Virus record (IMG/VR): IMGVR_UViG_2802429222_000003
Direction: 5' to 3' (one strand)
Origin: a virus
Taxonomy: Duplodnaviria; Heunggongvirae; Uroviricota; Caudoviricetes
DNA: 49,914 nucleotides
This document shows, piece by piece, positions 1-10,747 of this stretch; position 1 is the stretch's first letter; every line of letters begins with the position of its first letter. A model generated the notes under the pieces. The model was not told the origin of the DNA. It searched no databases and saw only the letters and a program-made list of their open reading frames with translations. A program made the translations under genes and the position numbers.

Positions 1-263
1 ATGGCACCGGACATTATCCTGCTGCGTACCGGGATCGACGTGAGGGCTGTCAAACAGGGAGATAATGCGTGGCACAAATTACGGCTCAGCGTCATTACCG
101 CTTCTGAAATTCACAACGTGATAGCAAAACCCCGTTCAGGAAATAAGTAGCCTGACATGAGAAGTACATGCCGAGTTTTGACGAGATGGTGCCGGAGTTC
201 ATCGAAAAAATGGACGAGACATTGGCTGAAATTGGTTTTGTATTTGGGGAGCAATGGCGATGA
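1..263 (+). pseudogene. lambda-type exonuclease remnant: first 49 codons ending in a premature TAG, joined by an internal ~420-bp deletion to the last ~100 bp of exo
   Basis: 1..160 matches 46222..46381 and 161..263 matches 46801..46902 of the intact exo in this window (about 11 mismatches in the first 120 nt by eye); TAG at 148..150 where the intact copy has TGG. Confidence 0.7.
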
Positions 264-537
264 AGCATACTCACGATAATATCCGCGTAGGCGCGATCAC
301 TTTCGTCAAACCGATCGTTATCATGATAATTGAGGTAAAGAATGGCGCAAAGTAGCGTTGTGAAAATTTAAACGTCTCAACGCCTCCTTGAATTTCTCAC
401 CCCACATGAAAAAGAACCAAACAGCCCGCTTTGAGCGAAAAACGAACTATGATATTAGCAAGAAAGCATCACTGTTAATATTCGAACAATTAATGCTCAG
501 CTATTTCTCTATTATTTACAATCAGAAAGGACGTGTA

Positions 538-948
538 ATGGGTAAGGTTGATGAACTAAAGATGAAATATCCGGACGCGAATGCCTGGCAAATGGGCGAC
601 AGCCCTGAACTGGCTAACGAGCTTGCAGCACTTATAGAAAAAGGGATTAAAACGGCCTCCTGTGGCTCTTATGCCTCTTATCAGAAGGAAGAATTTGCCC
701 CAAGGATTGGGAGCTATAACATCATCCTTGACGGCCAGGATGTACCGGTATGCGTGACCAGGCTGGTGTCGATGCAACTGGTGTGTTTTTGTGATGTTAC
801 TGCCGAGTTAGCTCGCAAGGAAGGTGAAGGCGATTTGAGCCTTGAATATTGGCAGAGAGAGCATCAACGATTTTTCACCCAGGAAGGTCATTTTTCTGAA
901 GATATGGAGTTGATTATGGAAGAGTTTGAAGTTGTTGAGGTTCTGTAA
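538..948 (+). CDS. ASCH-domain-like small protein (137 aa)
   Basis: ATG at 538 preceded by AAAGGA; GxKT-type motif (EKGIKTASCGS); the 388 start in the ORF track gives a low-complexity extension with no ribosome-binding site. Confidence 0.45.
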   Translation: MGKVDELKMKYPDANAWQMGDSPELANELAALIEKGIKTASCGSYASYQKEEFAPRIGSYNIILDGQDVPVCVTRLVSMQLVCFCDVTAELARKEGEGDLSLEYWQREHQRFFTQEGHFSEDMELIMEEFEVVEVL

Positions 949-1211
949 GATGAGATAAACGAGCTGACGTTATATCAATTGGCATTTATAACAATGTCCG
1001 CACCTGACACATAGCGGATCTAAATATTAACGAGCGTCCACCAAATAGAGGAATGTCTAATAGGAACCTGGCAGTAGAACTGTCATCTGACTGACCAACC
1101 GACCCCAAACAACTAAGAGGTTTTGATAACTTATTTTGATAACCGTTAGCAAACTAACATAAAACAACGGGCGTGTTATACGCCCGTTACAATATTTAAC
1201 ACATGTAGTAA

Positions 1212-1376
1212 TTACATGTTCTTGATGATCGCATCACCAAACTCTGAACATTTCAGCAGCTTAGCGCCTTCCATCAGACGTTCGAAGTCATAGGTTACGG
1301 TCTTAGCGTTAATTGCGCCTTCCATACCTTTAACAATCAGGTCTGCGGCTTCAGTCCAGCCCATATGGCGCAGCAG
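1212..1376 (-). pseudogene. icd: isocitrate dehydrogenase 3' fragment (54 codons + stop), icdC-like att-site duplication
   Basis: minus-strand translation [54 protein letters not shown] matches the recalled Icd C-terminus; similarity stops abruptly at about 1376, upstream is AT-rich non-icd sequence. Confidence 0.75.
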
Positions 1377-1914
1377 TATATAAAAACATTAAGTTCAATT
1401 CATTGATATTTAATGATAAAAATTATTTTATTGTCTTTTTATTAGCCAAAATCAACTTTATTCAACCGTTTGATTTCATTGACGTTCGTTTTTATTTTGG
1501 GGAAAGGTTTTATCTACCATTTATATCAAAATTACAAGCCTACATTTTATTAACATCTCAATACATGTGAGGCCTTGCAGACCTTTGTGAGGCCTTATGT
1601 GTCTCAGTTTTGTCCCTCTTTTTTGTACTAAAAAACATAGTAATTGAGGATAAACCTCATGCTATTTTCGCTTATATGCCTCTAAAGGCATGGCACTTAA
1701 ATAGATAAAAGCACCACAAAATCATAAAAAAACCACACAGTAAAACCGCAATATGAAACAATAACAGATAATTAAACCAAAAACAGATAGCGCATTGTGA
1801 TAATCATTCAATACTAAACAAAATATAAACAGTGGAGCAATATGTAATTGACTCATTAAGTTAGATATAAAAAATACATATTCAATCATTAAAACGATTG
1901 AATGGAGAACTTTT

Positions 1915-2868
1915 ATGCGGGCGAAACTTCTGGGAATAGTCCTGACAACCCCTATTGCGATCAACTCTTTTGCTTCTACCGAGACTTTATCGTTTACTCC
2001 TGACAACATAAATGCGGACATTAGTCTTGGAACTCTGAGCGGAAAAACAAAAGAGCGTGTTTATCTAGCCGAAGAAGGAAGCCGAAAAGTCAGTCAACTT
2101 GACTGGAAATTCAATAACGCTGCAATTATTAAAGGTGCAATTAATTGGGATTTGATGCCTCAGATATCTATCGGGGCTGCTGGTTGGACAACACTCGGCA
2201 GCCGAGGTGGCAATATGGTCGATCAGGACTGGATGGATTCCAGTAACCCCGGAACCTGGACGGATGAAAGTAGACATCCTGATACACAACTCAATTATGC
2301 CAACGAATTTGATCTGAATATCAAAGGCTGGCTCCTCAACGAACCCAATTACCGCCTGGGACTCATGGCCGGATATCAGGAAAGCCGTTATAGCTTTACA
2401 GCCAGAGGTGGTTCCTATATCTACAGTTCTGAGGAGGGATTCAGAGATGATATCGGCTCCTTCCCGAATGGAGAAAGAGCAATCGGCTACAAACAACGTT
2501 TTAAAATGCCCTACATTGGCTTGACTGGAAGTTATCGTTATGAAGATTTTGAGCTAGGTGGCACATTTAAATACAGCGGCTGGGTGGAATCATCTGATAA
2601 CGATGAACACTATGACCCGGGAAAAAGAATCACTTATCGCAGTAAGGTCAAAGACCAAAATTACTATTCTGTTGCAGTCAATGCAGGTTATTACGTCACA
2701 CCTAACGCAAAAGTTTATGTTGAAGGCGCATGGAATCGGGTTACGAATAAAAAAGGTAATACTTCACTTTATGATCACAATAATAACACTTCAGACTACA
2801 GCAAAAATGGAGCAGGCATAGAAAACTATAACTTCATCACTACTGCTGGTCTTAAGTACACATTTTAA
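1915..2868 (+). CDS. ompT: outer membrane protease OmpT (omptin), 317 aa
   Basis: full-length match to recalled E. coli OmpT sequence (MRAKLLGIVLTTPIAI...AGLKYTF). Confidence 0.95.
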   Translation: MRAKLLGIVLTTPIAINSFASTETLSFTPDNINADISLGTLSGKTKERVYLAEEGSRKVSQLDWKFNNAAIIKGAINWDLMPQISIGAAGWTTLGSRGGNMVDQDWMDSSNPGTWTDESRHPDTQLNYANEFDLNIKGWLLNEPNYRLGLMAGYQESRYSFTARGGSYIYSSEEGFRDDIGSFPNGERAIGYKQRFKMPYIGLTGSYRYEDFELGGTFKYSGWVESSDNDEHYDPGKRITYRSKVKDQNYYSVAVNAGYYVTPNAKVYVEGAWNRVTNKKGNTSLYDHNNNTSDYSKNGAGIENYNFITTAGLKYTF

Positions 2869-3117
2869 GAACGCCAACTAAAATTTCCCCGAGGTGAAAA
2901 TCGCCCCGGGGAATAACTAGCCATTTCAATGTAACAATTAACCCTTAAAATAAACCCAGAAGGTTATTAACTAAATCACATAGAAAACCATCAATTATAG
3001 TGTGTATAAAATAGGCGACAGCAACCCAATTACAAATTAATGGTTCCAGAATATCACATCAAAAAACACGCTATATAATATTATAATTAACATGTAGACA
3101 ACTTGTAATAAATATTA

Positions 3118-3867
3118 TCAGTCAATTGTTTTGTTTATTCCATCTGTGACGCCGATTATTTTCTCAAAATAATGAGATGGCGTGACACCATAATAATCTT
3201 TAAATGCACATATGAAATATGAAGTACTGTTATAGCCACATTTCTGGGCTACGACATTGATAGAATAAGAGTTTGAAGTTATGAGTTTTTTTGCATACCT
3301 CATCCTAGTATCTCTCAATATTTCAGTAAATGACGTTCCTTCATCCCTTAATCTTTTTTTTATTAAACTTTCACTCGTATAAATCAATTCCGCAATATCT
3401 TTTAAATGCCATTGCCGCTCAATATTAAAACTGATTATTCCAGTAATTTTACAGGTAAATGTATTTATATTTGTTAGTATAAATGAATTTACACTTTCGC
3501 GTTTTTTGAACATGGCAAGTAAGGATATACATAGTCTTTCTTTTAACCAAAGGGAGTGTGAGTCTGCTATTTTAATCCCTTCAAACAGAGAAAAAACAAG
3601 CGATAATGGAGGTTCCTCTTCAGCAATATAGCCATTCTTATCAAGAGTAAATTTGCCAGGCAACTCATTATTCACGTCGATAAAAAAGGATAAACATGTT
3701 TTCTTATCTATATCAACAATTCTTAGTTTAGAGGGGCATACTGGTAACTCTCTTCTAATTTTGTCGCTTACAATAAACAATGAATTTTTTTTGAACGAGA
3801 TAACTCTCCTGTTTATAATTAAATCAAATGATTGACAGATGAAAACTACGGAGCAAACATAATCCAT
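3118..3867 (-). CDS. appY: AraC-family transcriptional activator AppY, 249 aa
   Basis: matches recalled AppY sequence and length; adjacent to ompT as in the K-12 DLP12 region; C-terminal AraC HTH. Confidence 0.9.
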
Positions 3868-4543
3868 CTTGCACCTATCATAAAATTAAAACAAGTTGAT
3901 AGTAGTCAAATAACAACCAATTAAATACACAATCATAATCAGGATGATGTGCATTTATATTTTTATACACAAAATTATAGTTTGCAAATTTTAATAAATT
4001 TCATTTAAGATTAAATTATTATATGTATATTGTTTTTTATTCTAACGTATTTCAAAGTTACATTTTTTCAACGATTACTATGCTTTTTATTAACATAAAC
4101 TCACTACAACGCACCTGAAACCTCTTGCTATATATATGTCAACCGTTTGAATTTAAAATAAAAAGAGTATCATTTTTACTTGCATTTCTTATCAAGTCAC
4201 ATTCAACAACAGTAAAAAAACATTATTAGAACCATTCAATTAACAAAAAACCAACATTCAGCTTGCTTAATTTTTCTTTATTAAACGATATTGAAAATCA
4301 ATTGATAAAATACATCTAAACAACCTTTTGGGGCGCAAAAGCATAACATCAAACAAACAAATAACACACCGAAAAAACTCACAATTAATAACCTATGATA
4401 TACATACTGTTTATTATGGTTGAATAAGCCACTCGATATCTGGTGCTACGGAAGTGTCCACACGGTTTAGCAACACCCGATACTTTTTCCTGGCTTCCAG
4501 CAACGGGGTTTCTTCCTCCGTTGCATATACAGCTCACCTTTTT

Positions 4544-4837
4544 TCACCCACGATTAACCAACAGCCAGACCAGCAGACACGCCACCACCGGCACAGCAAA
4601 ATCCATCAGGCTTGCCACATCCCAAGCTCGCGGATCAAAACCGCCCCACCACGGCATATTCATACGCTTGCCATGTCCGAACATTTCAATCCAGCGATAT
4701 TCTGCCTGGGTGTGTTCACGCGCAATGAAGAACGTACAACCAGCTATCGCTCCGTAAGCCCAGTTTCCGGTAAAAAGACCAACCAGTATCTGCGCAGCCA
4801 CAGCACAAAGTGCATGAAGTAAGGGGCTTATATCCAT
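4544..4837 (-). CDS. small membrane protein with two predicted transmembrane helices (97 aa)
   Basis: AGGAGG 7 nt upstream of ATG; hydrophobic N- and C-terminal segments; 12 nt after the preceding gene. Confidence 0.55.
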   Translation of the reverse strand: MDISPLLHALCAVAAQILVGLFTGNWAYGAIAGCTFFIAREHTQAEYRWIEMFGHGKRMNMPWWGGFDPRAWDVASLMDFAVPVVACLLVWLLVNRG

Positions 4838-4849
4838 TATTTCCTCCTT

Positions 4850-5128
4850 TCAGCTCCATTCCCGAAGCGGTGTTTCCAGCTCCACGACATAATCAGAGAA
4901 TACAGAAACATCAAACAAGTCATCAAGAATGCGAATGTTGACAAAATAACCGTCATTCCGGATACAGACAGGTTCTCCCTCTTCAGTTACCCCTGTTTCT
5001 GTGTAGGTGAAACCAATTTCATCGACTAACAGTTTATTCTGGAGGTCTTCATCTTCCTCCCAGTCAAGAGATGACAGGAAGGATTTAAACTCTCTGTTTC
5101 CAGGAAATTTCAAAGTTAAATCTTTCAT
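4850..5128 (-). CDS. small acidic protein coupled to the side tail fibre (92 aa); possible fibre assembly factor
   Basis: ATGA start/stop overlap with stf, GGAGG ribosome-binding site; no resemblance to classical Tfa. Confidence 0.5.
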   Translation of the reverse strand: MKDLTLKFPGNREFKSFLSSLDWEEDEDLQNKLLVDEIGFTYTETGVTEEGEPVCIRNDGYFVNIRILDDLFDVSVFSDYVVELETPLREWS

Positions 5129-7146
5129 ACTGCCTCCTTGATTTGCCTGTCATTTAATTCTTTAAACCAGACTCTGAAATTTCTGATGTGTCCAAACAAA
5201 TGACGCGTTCCTGCTGCGGTCTGCCCACCAAACCGGTACGATGTTGCTGTAACTCCAAATATTTTACCATTAAGGTTTGTTGTATAATTACCATTGCATA
5301 TTGCATTTACTGATAAATCAGATTTAGCTCTCACACCCACAATGAACCTTTCTCCATCTGAGGCAATTTGTGGCTGAACCATTCCTACGTTGGCGCTTAT
5401 CTTTCCTGTTGAAACAAACCCCAGCGATAAATAATTATCATCAATACTGTGCCCTCCAACATCAAATATCCTTGGCGCAACATTGGGCGGTGTACTCCAG
5501 TTCCTGCTTACTTCGCACAATACCGTAAAAGGCCGTGTTGACAGGTTATTCTGCGATGGGATAGTAACCACATCACTTGCGCGTGTTGTTGGCATTGTAG
5601 TTACAATAAATGACGATGCCGTATTGCCCAGTTCAATTTGCGGCGTCGTCATGGTTAATGTTGAGTCATCATAGAATGGCTCATTACTTATTTTATTTGT
5701 CATATAAAAAGCACAGTTAACGGTATCAATGTCCGTATTAGCTGTATAAGTGGCCTCATAGTAGGTCCACTCGCCCTGTTGTTCAGCTTTGGCTGTTATA
5801 AGGGATGTATTACCGCTTACTGTTGCGATCCGGGTATCCAGATCAAGATAAGAGTCAGCAGAGAAGGTATCTGTTCCACCAATAATAACTGAAACTCTTA
5901 ACCTGCATCGTGCTTTAGCGCCTTTAACCCGGCACGAAAAAGTGAAACATTCACCACTTGCCAGCGGGAATCTGTCTGCTGCAACCACACCATGCACAGT
6001 ATAGCCACCTGTTGTTCCCACTATACTTTCCGTGGGTGTCACCGTGGCATAATTGAACCCCTGTTTATCAGTGCCAAATGTTTTATTCAGTGCGGAATGA
6101 ACAGTCCATGAGTCTGGTTTATTTGAGTTCCTCAGATAATTTGTCCTCTGTCCTTCAATCAATAAGCCATCGCGCTCAAATCGCGGTTCATCAACTTCAG
6201 CAAGCTTGAGTTGGCCGGACTTATTAATATACGTTGCTGTTGAAGCACGTTTAAACTTAACAATCTTGTCGCCTGGCATTGTTATTTCATCGTCACCAAT
6301 AACAATCTTTTTATATGATGGCGAAAACCCCGTAATCATATCCAGTGTATCGTTAAACGGTATCCATACATCAGGCAGCGGCGGCACTATATTCGCATAG
6401 GGCTCTGCAGTCACTTCCGCTGCGGCTTCTGCGCGGTCTGCCGCCTTTTCTGCTCGTGTCGCTGCCGACAGAGCCTCATCCTTTTTCTGCCCGGCCTTTG
6501 TTGCGTCTGCTGCGGCCTCCCGCGCTTTTGTGGTGGCGATTCCGGCATTTTCAGCGGCTGACTCTGCATTACGGCGGGAAGCCTCTTCACTGTCTGCGGA
6601 GGCTTCCTCTGACGCACGGGCATTTGTCTCTGAATGTTCTGCCGCTGTTGCTGCATTTTGTGCGGCTGTTTTTGAAGAAGCTGCCGCTTTCGCGCTGTTA
6701 CCTGCATTCGTCTCTGATGTTTTCGCCGCGTTCCTGGACGATGCCGCTGCTGTTTCTGATTTCTTTGCTGCCGCTGCGCTCTGAGAGGCGGCTTCAGCGT
6801 TGCGTGCCGCCTCTTCCACCATCTTTTCAAAACGATACAGTGCCTCCGGACGAACATCATCTTCTGTTGCAGCGCCCAGAAAATCATTCAATGTCCCCGG
6901 CTTAGAATCCTCATACACGGTGATGGTCCCGGCATGTGAAGGCGGAAAACCTTCAACCAGCAGGGCGACGCTGTACTGGCCATACTCAACATCCATGCTG
7001 TAACGTCCGGCTTCATCCGGATTTTCTGAGGCCACCGTGTTCACCACAACTGTGGTGCTGTTACGTTTTGCTTTGAGCTGAATGGTGCAGTTCTGTATCG
7101 GTTTTCCTGCACCGTCTTTCAGCACACCTGAAATCTGTACTGCCAT
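5125..7146 (-). CDS. stf: side tail fibre protein, lambda Stf-like N-terminus with divergent distal domain
   Basis: N-terminus MAVQISGVLKDGAGKPIQNCTIQLKA... resembles lambda Stf; Ala/Ser/Glu-rich repeat region; ATG at 7146 with GGAG 6 nt upstream (track start 7152 is GTG). Confidence 0.8.
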   Translation of the reverse strand: MAVQISGVLKDGAGKPIQNCTIQLKAKRNSTTVVVNTVASENPDEAGRYSMDVEYGQYSVALLVEGFPPSHAGTITVYEDSKPGTLNDFLGAATEDDVRPEALYRFEKMVEEAARNAEAASQSAAAAKKSETAAASSRNAAKTSETNAGNSAKAAASSKTAAQNAATAAEHSETNARASEEASADSEEASRRNAESAAENAGIATTKAREAAADATKAGQKKDEALSAATRAEKAADRAEAAAEVTAEPYANIVPPLPDVWIPFNDTLDMITGFSPSYKKIVIGDDEITMPGDKIVKFKRASTATYINKSGQLKLAEVDEPRFERDGLLIEGQRTNYLRNSNKPDSWTVHSALNKTFGTDKQGFNYATVTPTESIVGTTGGYTVHGVVAADRFPLASGECFTFSCRVKGAKARCRLRVSVIIGGTDTFSADSYLDLDTRIATVSGNTSLITAKAEQQGEWTYYEATYTANTDIDTVNCAFYMTNKISNEPFYDDSTLTMTTPQIELGNTASSFIVTTMPTTRASDVVTIPSQNNLSTRPFTVLCEVSRNWSTPPNVAPRIFDVGGHSIDDNYLSLGFVSTGKISANVGMVQPQIASDGERFIVGVRAKSDLSVNAICNGNYTTNLNGKIFGVTATSYRFGGQTAAGTRHLFGHIRNFRVWFKELNDRQIKEAV

Positions 7147-7204
7147 ATTCACTCCACAAATAAAAAAGGCACCATTTCTGGTGCCCGAATTTGGGTTTTA
7201 AAAT

Positions 7205-10200
7205 TCAACTGATACTGATGCCGGCTGTTGATTTCTTCATCACGACAACAAGAAGGTCGCTGATACTGGTCGTTGGCGTCCAGTTATTTGCACCATATGA
7301 AGAAACATTGAAAGTCAGGGTGACATGGCCGTGTCCGGCAGGCATATCAATGACTGATGAAAATACCCTGCTGACATCCGTCGCGGGTTGCTGAAAGATT
7401 TCCTGTCCGTTCTTCAGCACCTGCAGCTTACAGGTTGAATACCAGTATGACTGTTGGTTGTTGCTGTTGAAGTTTTCATGCTTACCACCGCGAAACAGAA
7501 CGGGGGGGATTACTATCTGACGGTCAAAAGCCTGGTCATCGTACACCGTGACCGTTATTGTACCGCTGGCATAACTGCTATTTCTCGGAAAGGCTTTTCC
7601 CACCGTTTTAACAATATCGCCTTCAATCTGGTTGGCTGACAGTTTTCCCAGAATCCGGCAGTTCTGATTAATCGTGACATTGTTGAGCGTCCCGGAGTTC
7701 GCGTTCACGTTACCGCTGATATCCGCATTTTTCGCCGTCAGCCGCCCGTCCGGTGTCAGGGAAAATGCCGGAGGATTACCGCCGCTGGTAATGGTGGGAG
7801 CCGTCAGATATTTCAGGAACACTTCATTCATAAATATCTGATCGCCCTGACCAACAAACATCGGCTTTGTATTGCCATTCGCAGGATTAATCATCGCAAT
7901 CCTGTCCGCCGCCAGCAGCACCTGACTCTGCATACCGTCAGGGGTATTCTCAATACCGGCACCAATACCCGCGATATAAAGGCGTCCGTCCTGCATCTGC
8001 TGCAGCTTCACAGCCCACATGCTGTTCAGGTTATTATTTGTATCAACCTGAACCTTCTGTATCTGCTGGATCGCTGCACTCTGGTCTTCCAGTTTCTTAT
8101 TGACGGTCTGCGTGATTTCATTGCTGACATCCGTAATGGACGTCCTGATTTCAGCCAGGTCAGGCGCAAGCTGACCGTTATCAATCTGCGTCCACAACTC
8201 CTGAGCCAGATGGGTTTTCCCTATCTCTCCTTTGAAAAAATCCAGATAGCCGGATGCATCATCACTCGGCTGGCCAACAGCCTCCACAAATGCCGATTTG
8301 CCAACGGTGTTCACACTGCGAATGTAAAAATAATAATCATGGCCCGGTTTGATATTGATACTAGCGGCTATCCAGTACAGCGCCGTACCAAGATAACGCG
8401 CGCTGGCTTCAACCTGCCTGATATCCGCAATCCGCTTTTCCGAGAACCAGAACTCAAACTGTACCGTCGGATCATAAACGGCAAGATGCGGCGTTGCGGT
8501 TATCTGAAAATAGCCCGGCGTCAGCTCAATCCGCGATGGCGCTGCCGGTGCGGCAATCCGGAACGATACCGACGCCGGATCCCCCTGCTGCCCCCACGCA
8601 TTTACCGCCCGGACTGTCAGCCTGTAGTTCCCCAGCGCCAGTTGCCTGAAGCGGTATGTGGTTTCCGTCGTCCTGGCCGTGCTGACCAGCCGCTCACTGC
8701 CGTCATCCGCTGCCACGGTCAGGCGAAGCATAAAGCTCCCCCCCTTCACCACCTTCGGCGTGTCCCAGCGCGCCAGCACCTGGTATTCCCCGCTGTCTGC
8801 GGTGACTTCTGCAGTCAGGTGCTGCACCGCGGGCGGCGTGACACCGTTCACCGTTCCGCTCTGGTCGCCGTCAAAGTACGCCCCGTTATCCACGATGGCT
8901 TCTTTCTCCGGTACATGCTGCACGGCAGTGATGGCATACGTGCCGTCATCGTTCTCACGGATACTCACACAGCGGAACAGGCGCTGGCGCAGCATCGGCA
9001 GCTTCAGCCCCCACACGCTGTATCCGGCAACGCCGTCAGGAACACGGCTCACTTTCACCTTCACACCGTCGGTGACGGACTGGACCTCCACGCTGACCGG
9101 ATTCCCCTGCCCGTCAACCAGGCTTATCAGCGTGGTGCCGGAGGATGGCAGCGTGATTTCACGGTCGAGCGTCAGCGTCCGGGTCTGGCTGTTCACCGCC
9201 AGCACACGCCCACCGATGCTGATACCGGCATAGTCATCATCGCAGATTTCAATGACATCCCCCGGTACATGGCGAAGCCCTTCAGCACCCACGCTGAAGT
9301 CCACGGTCTGCGTTTCCAGCAGCTCCGTTTTAATCAGCCACAGCCCGGCGCGGTGTGCCTGCCCCCGACTGGTACAGCCAAAGGCATCCATCTTCGTGAC
9401 GTTACGGCCGTAACGGGCAATGGCCTGCGTATCCTCCACGAGCTCTGTCGCCGTCTCCCAGCCGTTGTTCGGGTCAATCCAGTTCACCTCAACGGCATTA
9501 TGGCGGTCCTTCAGGGCGCTGAAGCTGTAGCGGAACGGCGCGCCATCATCCGGCATCACCACATTACTGCGGTTATAGGTCCACACCTTATCTGATGGTC
9601 GGTCCTGCACGAACGTCAGCGTCTGCCCGTTCCATACCGGCATACAGCGCATCGCCGAGCAGAAATCACTGAGCACATCCCACGCCTTGCGCTGTGTGGT
9701 CAGGTACGCATTACAGGTGATGCGCGGCTCCGTGCCGCCAAAGCCGTCCGGCACTGACTGGTCGCAGTACTGGCCGATGACATACAGCGCCCATTTATCC
9801 ACATCCGCCGCACCAAGACGTTTCCCCATGCCGTAGCGCGGATGGGTCAGCATATCCCACAGACACCAGGCCATGTTGTTGCTGTATGCCGGTTTAAACG
9901 TTCCGTCCCAGATACCGCTGTATTGCCGCGTCTGCGGGTTATAATTCGACGGCACCTGCAGAATACGCCCGCGCAGATGATAATTACGGCTCACCTGCTG
10001 ACTGCCGAACTGCTCCGAGTCCACCTGCACGCCGACCAGTGCCGTGTTCGGGTAGCACTGTTTCACATCGATAATTTCGGTGTATGACGACCAGAGCGTT
10101 TTGTTCTGCAGCTGGTCTGTGGTGCTGTCCGGCGTCATCCTGCGCATCCGGATACTGAACGGGCGCGGCGGCAGGTTATCCACCACCACCGAGGCCAGAT

Positions 10201-10687
10201 ACTGTGAAGTGGTTTTACCCTTAATGGTGATGTCTTTTTCCGTCACCCAGCCACCGTTACGTTGTATCTGAACCAGCAGGCGGACTTCCGATGGATTCCT
10301 GTCCCCCTTTGAGGTGGTTTCCACCAGTGCCTGCACGCCGAAAGTAAAACGCAGACGGTCAATGTTTGCCGACGTGATGGTCCGGGTGATCGGCGTGTCA
10401 TATTTCACTTCTGTACCGAGCACCGTCTCGGAGCCGGAGGATTCAAATCCCTCCGGCGGTGTCTGCTCCTGCTCACCGGCCCGGAACACCACCGTGACGC
10501 CGGATATATTGGTATTCCCCTCACTGTCCAGCACCGGCGTACTGTTCAGCAGCACGCTTTTTAATCCATCCACCGGACCTTCAACCGGCCCTTCGCTGAT
10601 GGCATCGATCACACTCAGCAGCTGCGTGGACTTCAGGTTGTCCTTCGCTTCGCGCGGGATATGCCCCTTACTGCTGCCTTTACCCAT
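7205..10687 (-). CDS. J: tail tip / host specificity protein J (1160 aa)
   Basis: lambda J-like over most of its length; last ~150 residues divergent from recalled lambda J. Confidence 0.93.
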   Translation of the reverse strand: MGKGSSKGHIPREAKDNLKSTQLLSVIDAISEGPVEGPVDGLKSVLLNSTPVLDSEGNTNISGVTVVFRAGEQEQTPPEGFESSGSETVLGTEVKYDTPITRTITSANIDRLRFTFGVQALVETTSKGDRNPSEVRLLVQIQRNGGWVTEKDITIKGKTTSQYLASVVVDNLPPRPFSIRMRRMTPDSTTDQLQNKTLWSSYTEIIDVKQCYPNTALVGVQVDSEQFGSQQVSRNYHLRGRILQVPSNYNPQTRQYSGIWDGTFKPAYSNNMAWCLWDMLTHPRYGMGKRLGAADVDKWALYVIGQYCDQSVPDGFGGTEPRITCNAYLTTQRKAWDVLSDFCSAMRCMPVWNGQTLTFVQDRPSDKVWTYNRSNVVMPDDGAPFRYSFSALKDRHNAVEVNWIDPNNGWETATELVEDTQAIARYGRNVTKMDAFGCTSRGQAHRAGLWLIKTELLETQTVDFSVGAEGLRHVPGDVIEICDDDYAGISIGGRVLAVNSQTRTLTLDREITLPSSGTTLISLVDGQGNPVSVEVQSVTDGVKVKVSRVPDGVAGYSVWGLKLPMLRQRLFRCVSIRENDDGTYAITAVQHVPEKEAIVDNGAYFDGDQSGTVNGVTPPAVQHLTAEVTADSGEYQVLARWDTPKVVKGGSFMLRLTVAADDGSERLVSTARTTETTYRFRQLALGNYRLTVRAVNAWGQQGDPASVSFRIAAPAAPSRIELTPGYFQITATPHLAVYDPTVQFEFWFSEKRIADIRQVEASARYLGTALYWIAASINIKPGHDYYFYIRSVNTVGKSAFVEAVGQPSDDASGYLDFFKGEIGKTHLAQELWTQIDNGQLAPDLAEIRTSITDVSNEITQTVNKKLEDQSAAIQQIQKVQVDTNNNLNSMWAVKLQQMQDGRLYIAGIGAGIENTPDGMQSQVLLAADRIAMINPANGNTKPMFVGQGDQIFMNEVFLKYLTAPTITSGGNPPAFSLTPDGRLTAKNADISGNVNANSGTLNNVTINQNCRILGKLSANQIEGDIVKTVGKAFPRNSSYASGTITVTVYDDQAFDRQIVIPPVLFRGGKHENFNSNNQQSYWYSTCKLQVLKNGQEIFQQPATDVSRVFSSVIDMPAGHGHVTLTFNVSSYGANNWTPTTSISDLLVVVMKKSTAGISIS

Positions 10688-10747
10688 TCGTCATGCTCCA
10701 TAAACGATAAAACCGCCCGGAGGCGGTTTCACATAAAACATTTTGCA

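Noticed and set aside
388-537. Upstream extension of the ASCH-like ORF
   Set aside because: Low-complexity N-terminus with no ribosome-binding site; ATG at 538 has AAAGGA upstream
1722-2021. 99-aa minus-strand ORF overlapping the ompT start
   Set aside because: AT-rich promoter region of ompT; hydrophobic junk translation
2869-2920. Terminator after ompT (CCCCG…CGGGG)
   Set aside because: Short imperfect stem with no clear T-tract; not confident enough to call
4443-4822. Plus-strand ORFs overlapping the 97-aa membrane protein gene
   Set aside because: Minus-strand gene has a strong AGGAGG site and coherent transmembrane helices; plus-strand products look random
6411-6905. Alternative-frame ORFs within the stf repeat region
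   Set aside because: Generated by the Ala/Ser-rich GC-biased repeat; Gln/Arg-rich or Ala-rich nonsense products
8210-9595. 461-aa plus-strand ORF (and 8658..9233) inside J
   Set aside because: Antisense to the high-confidence J gene; Arg/Pro-rich composition typical of spurious ORFs in GC-rich coding DNA
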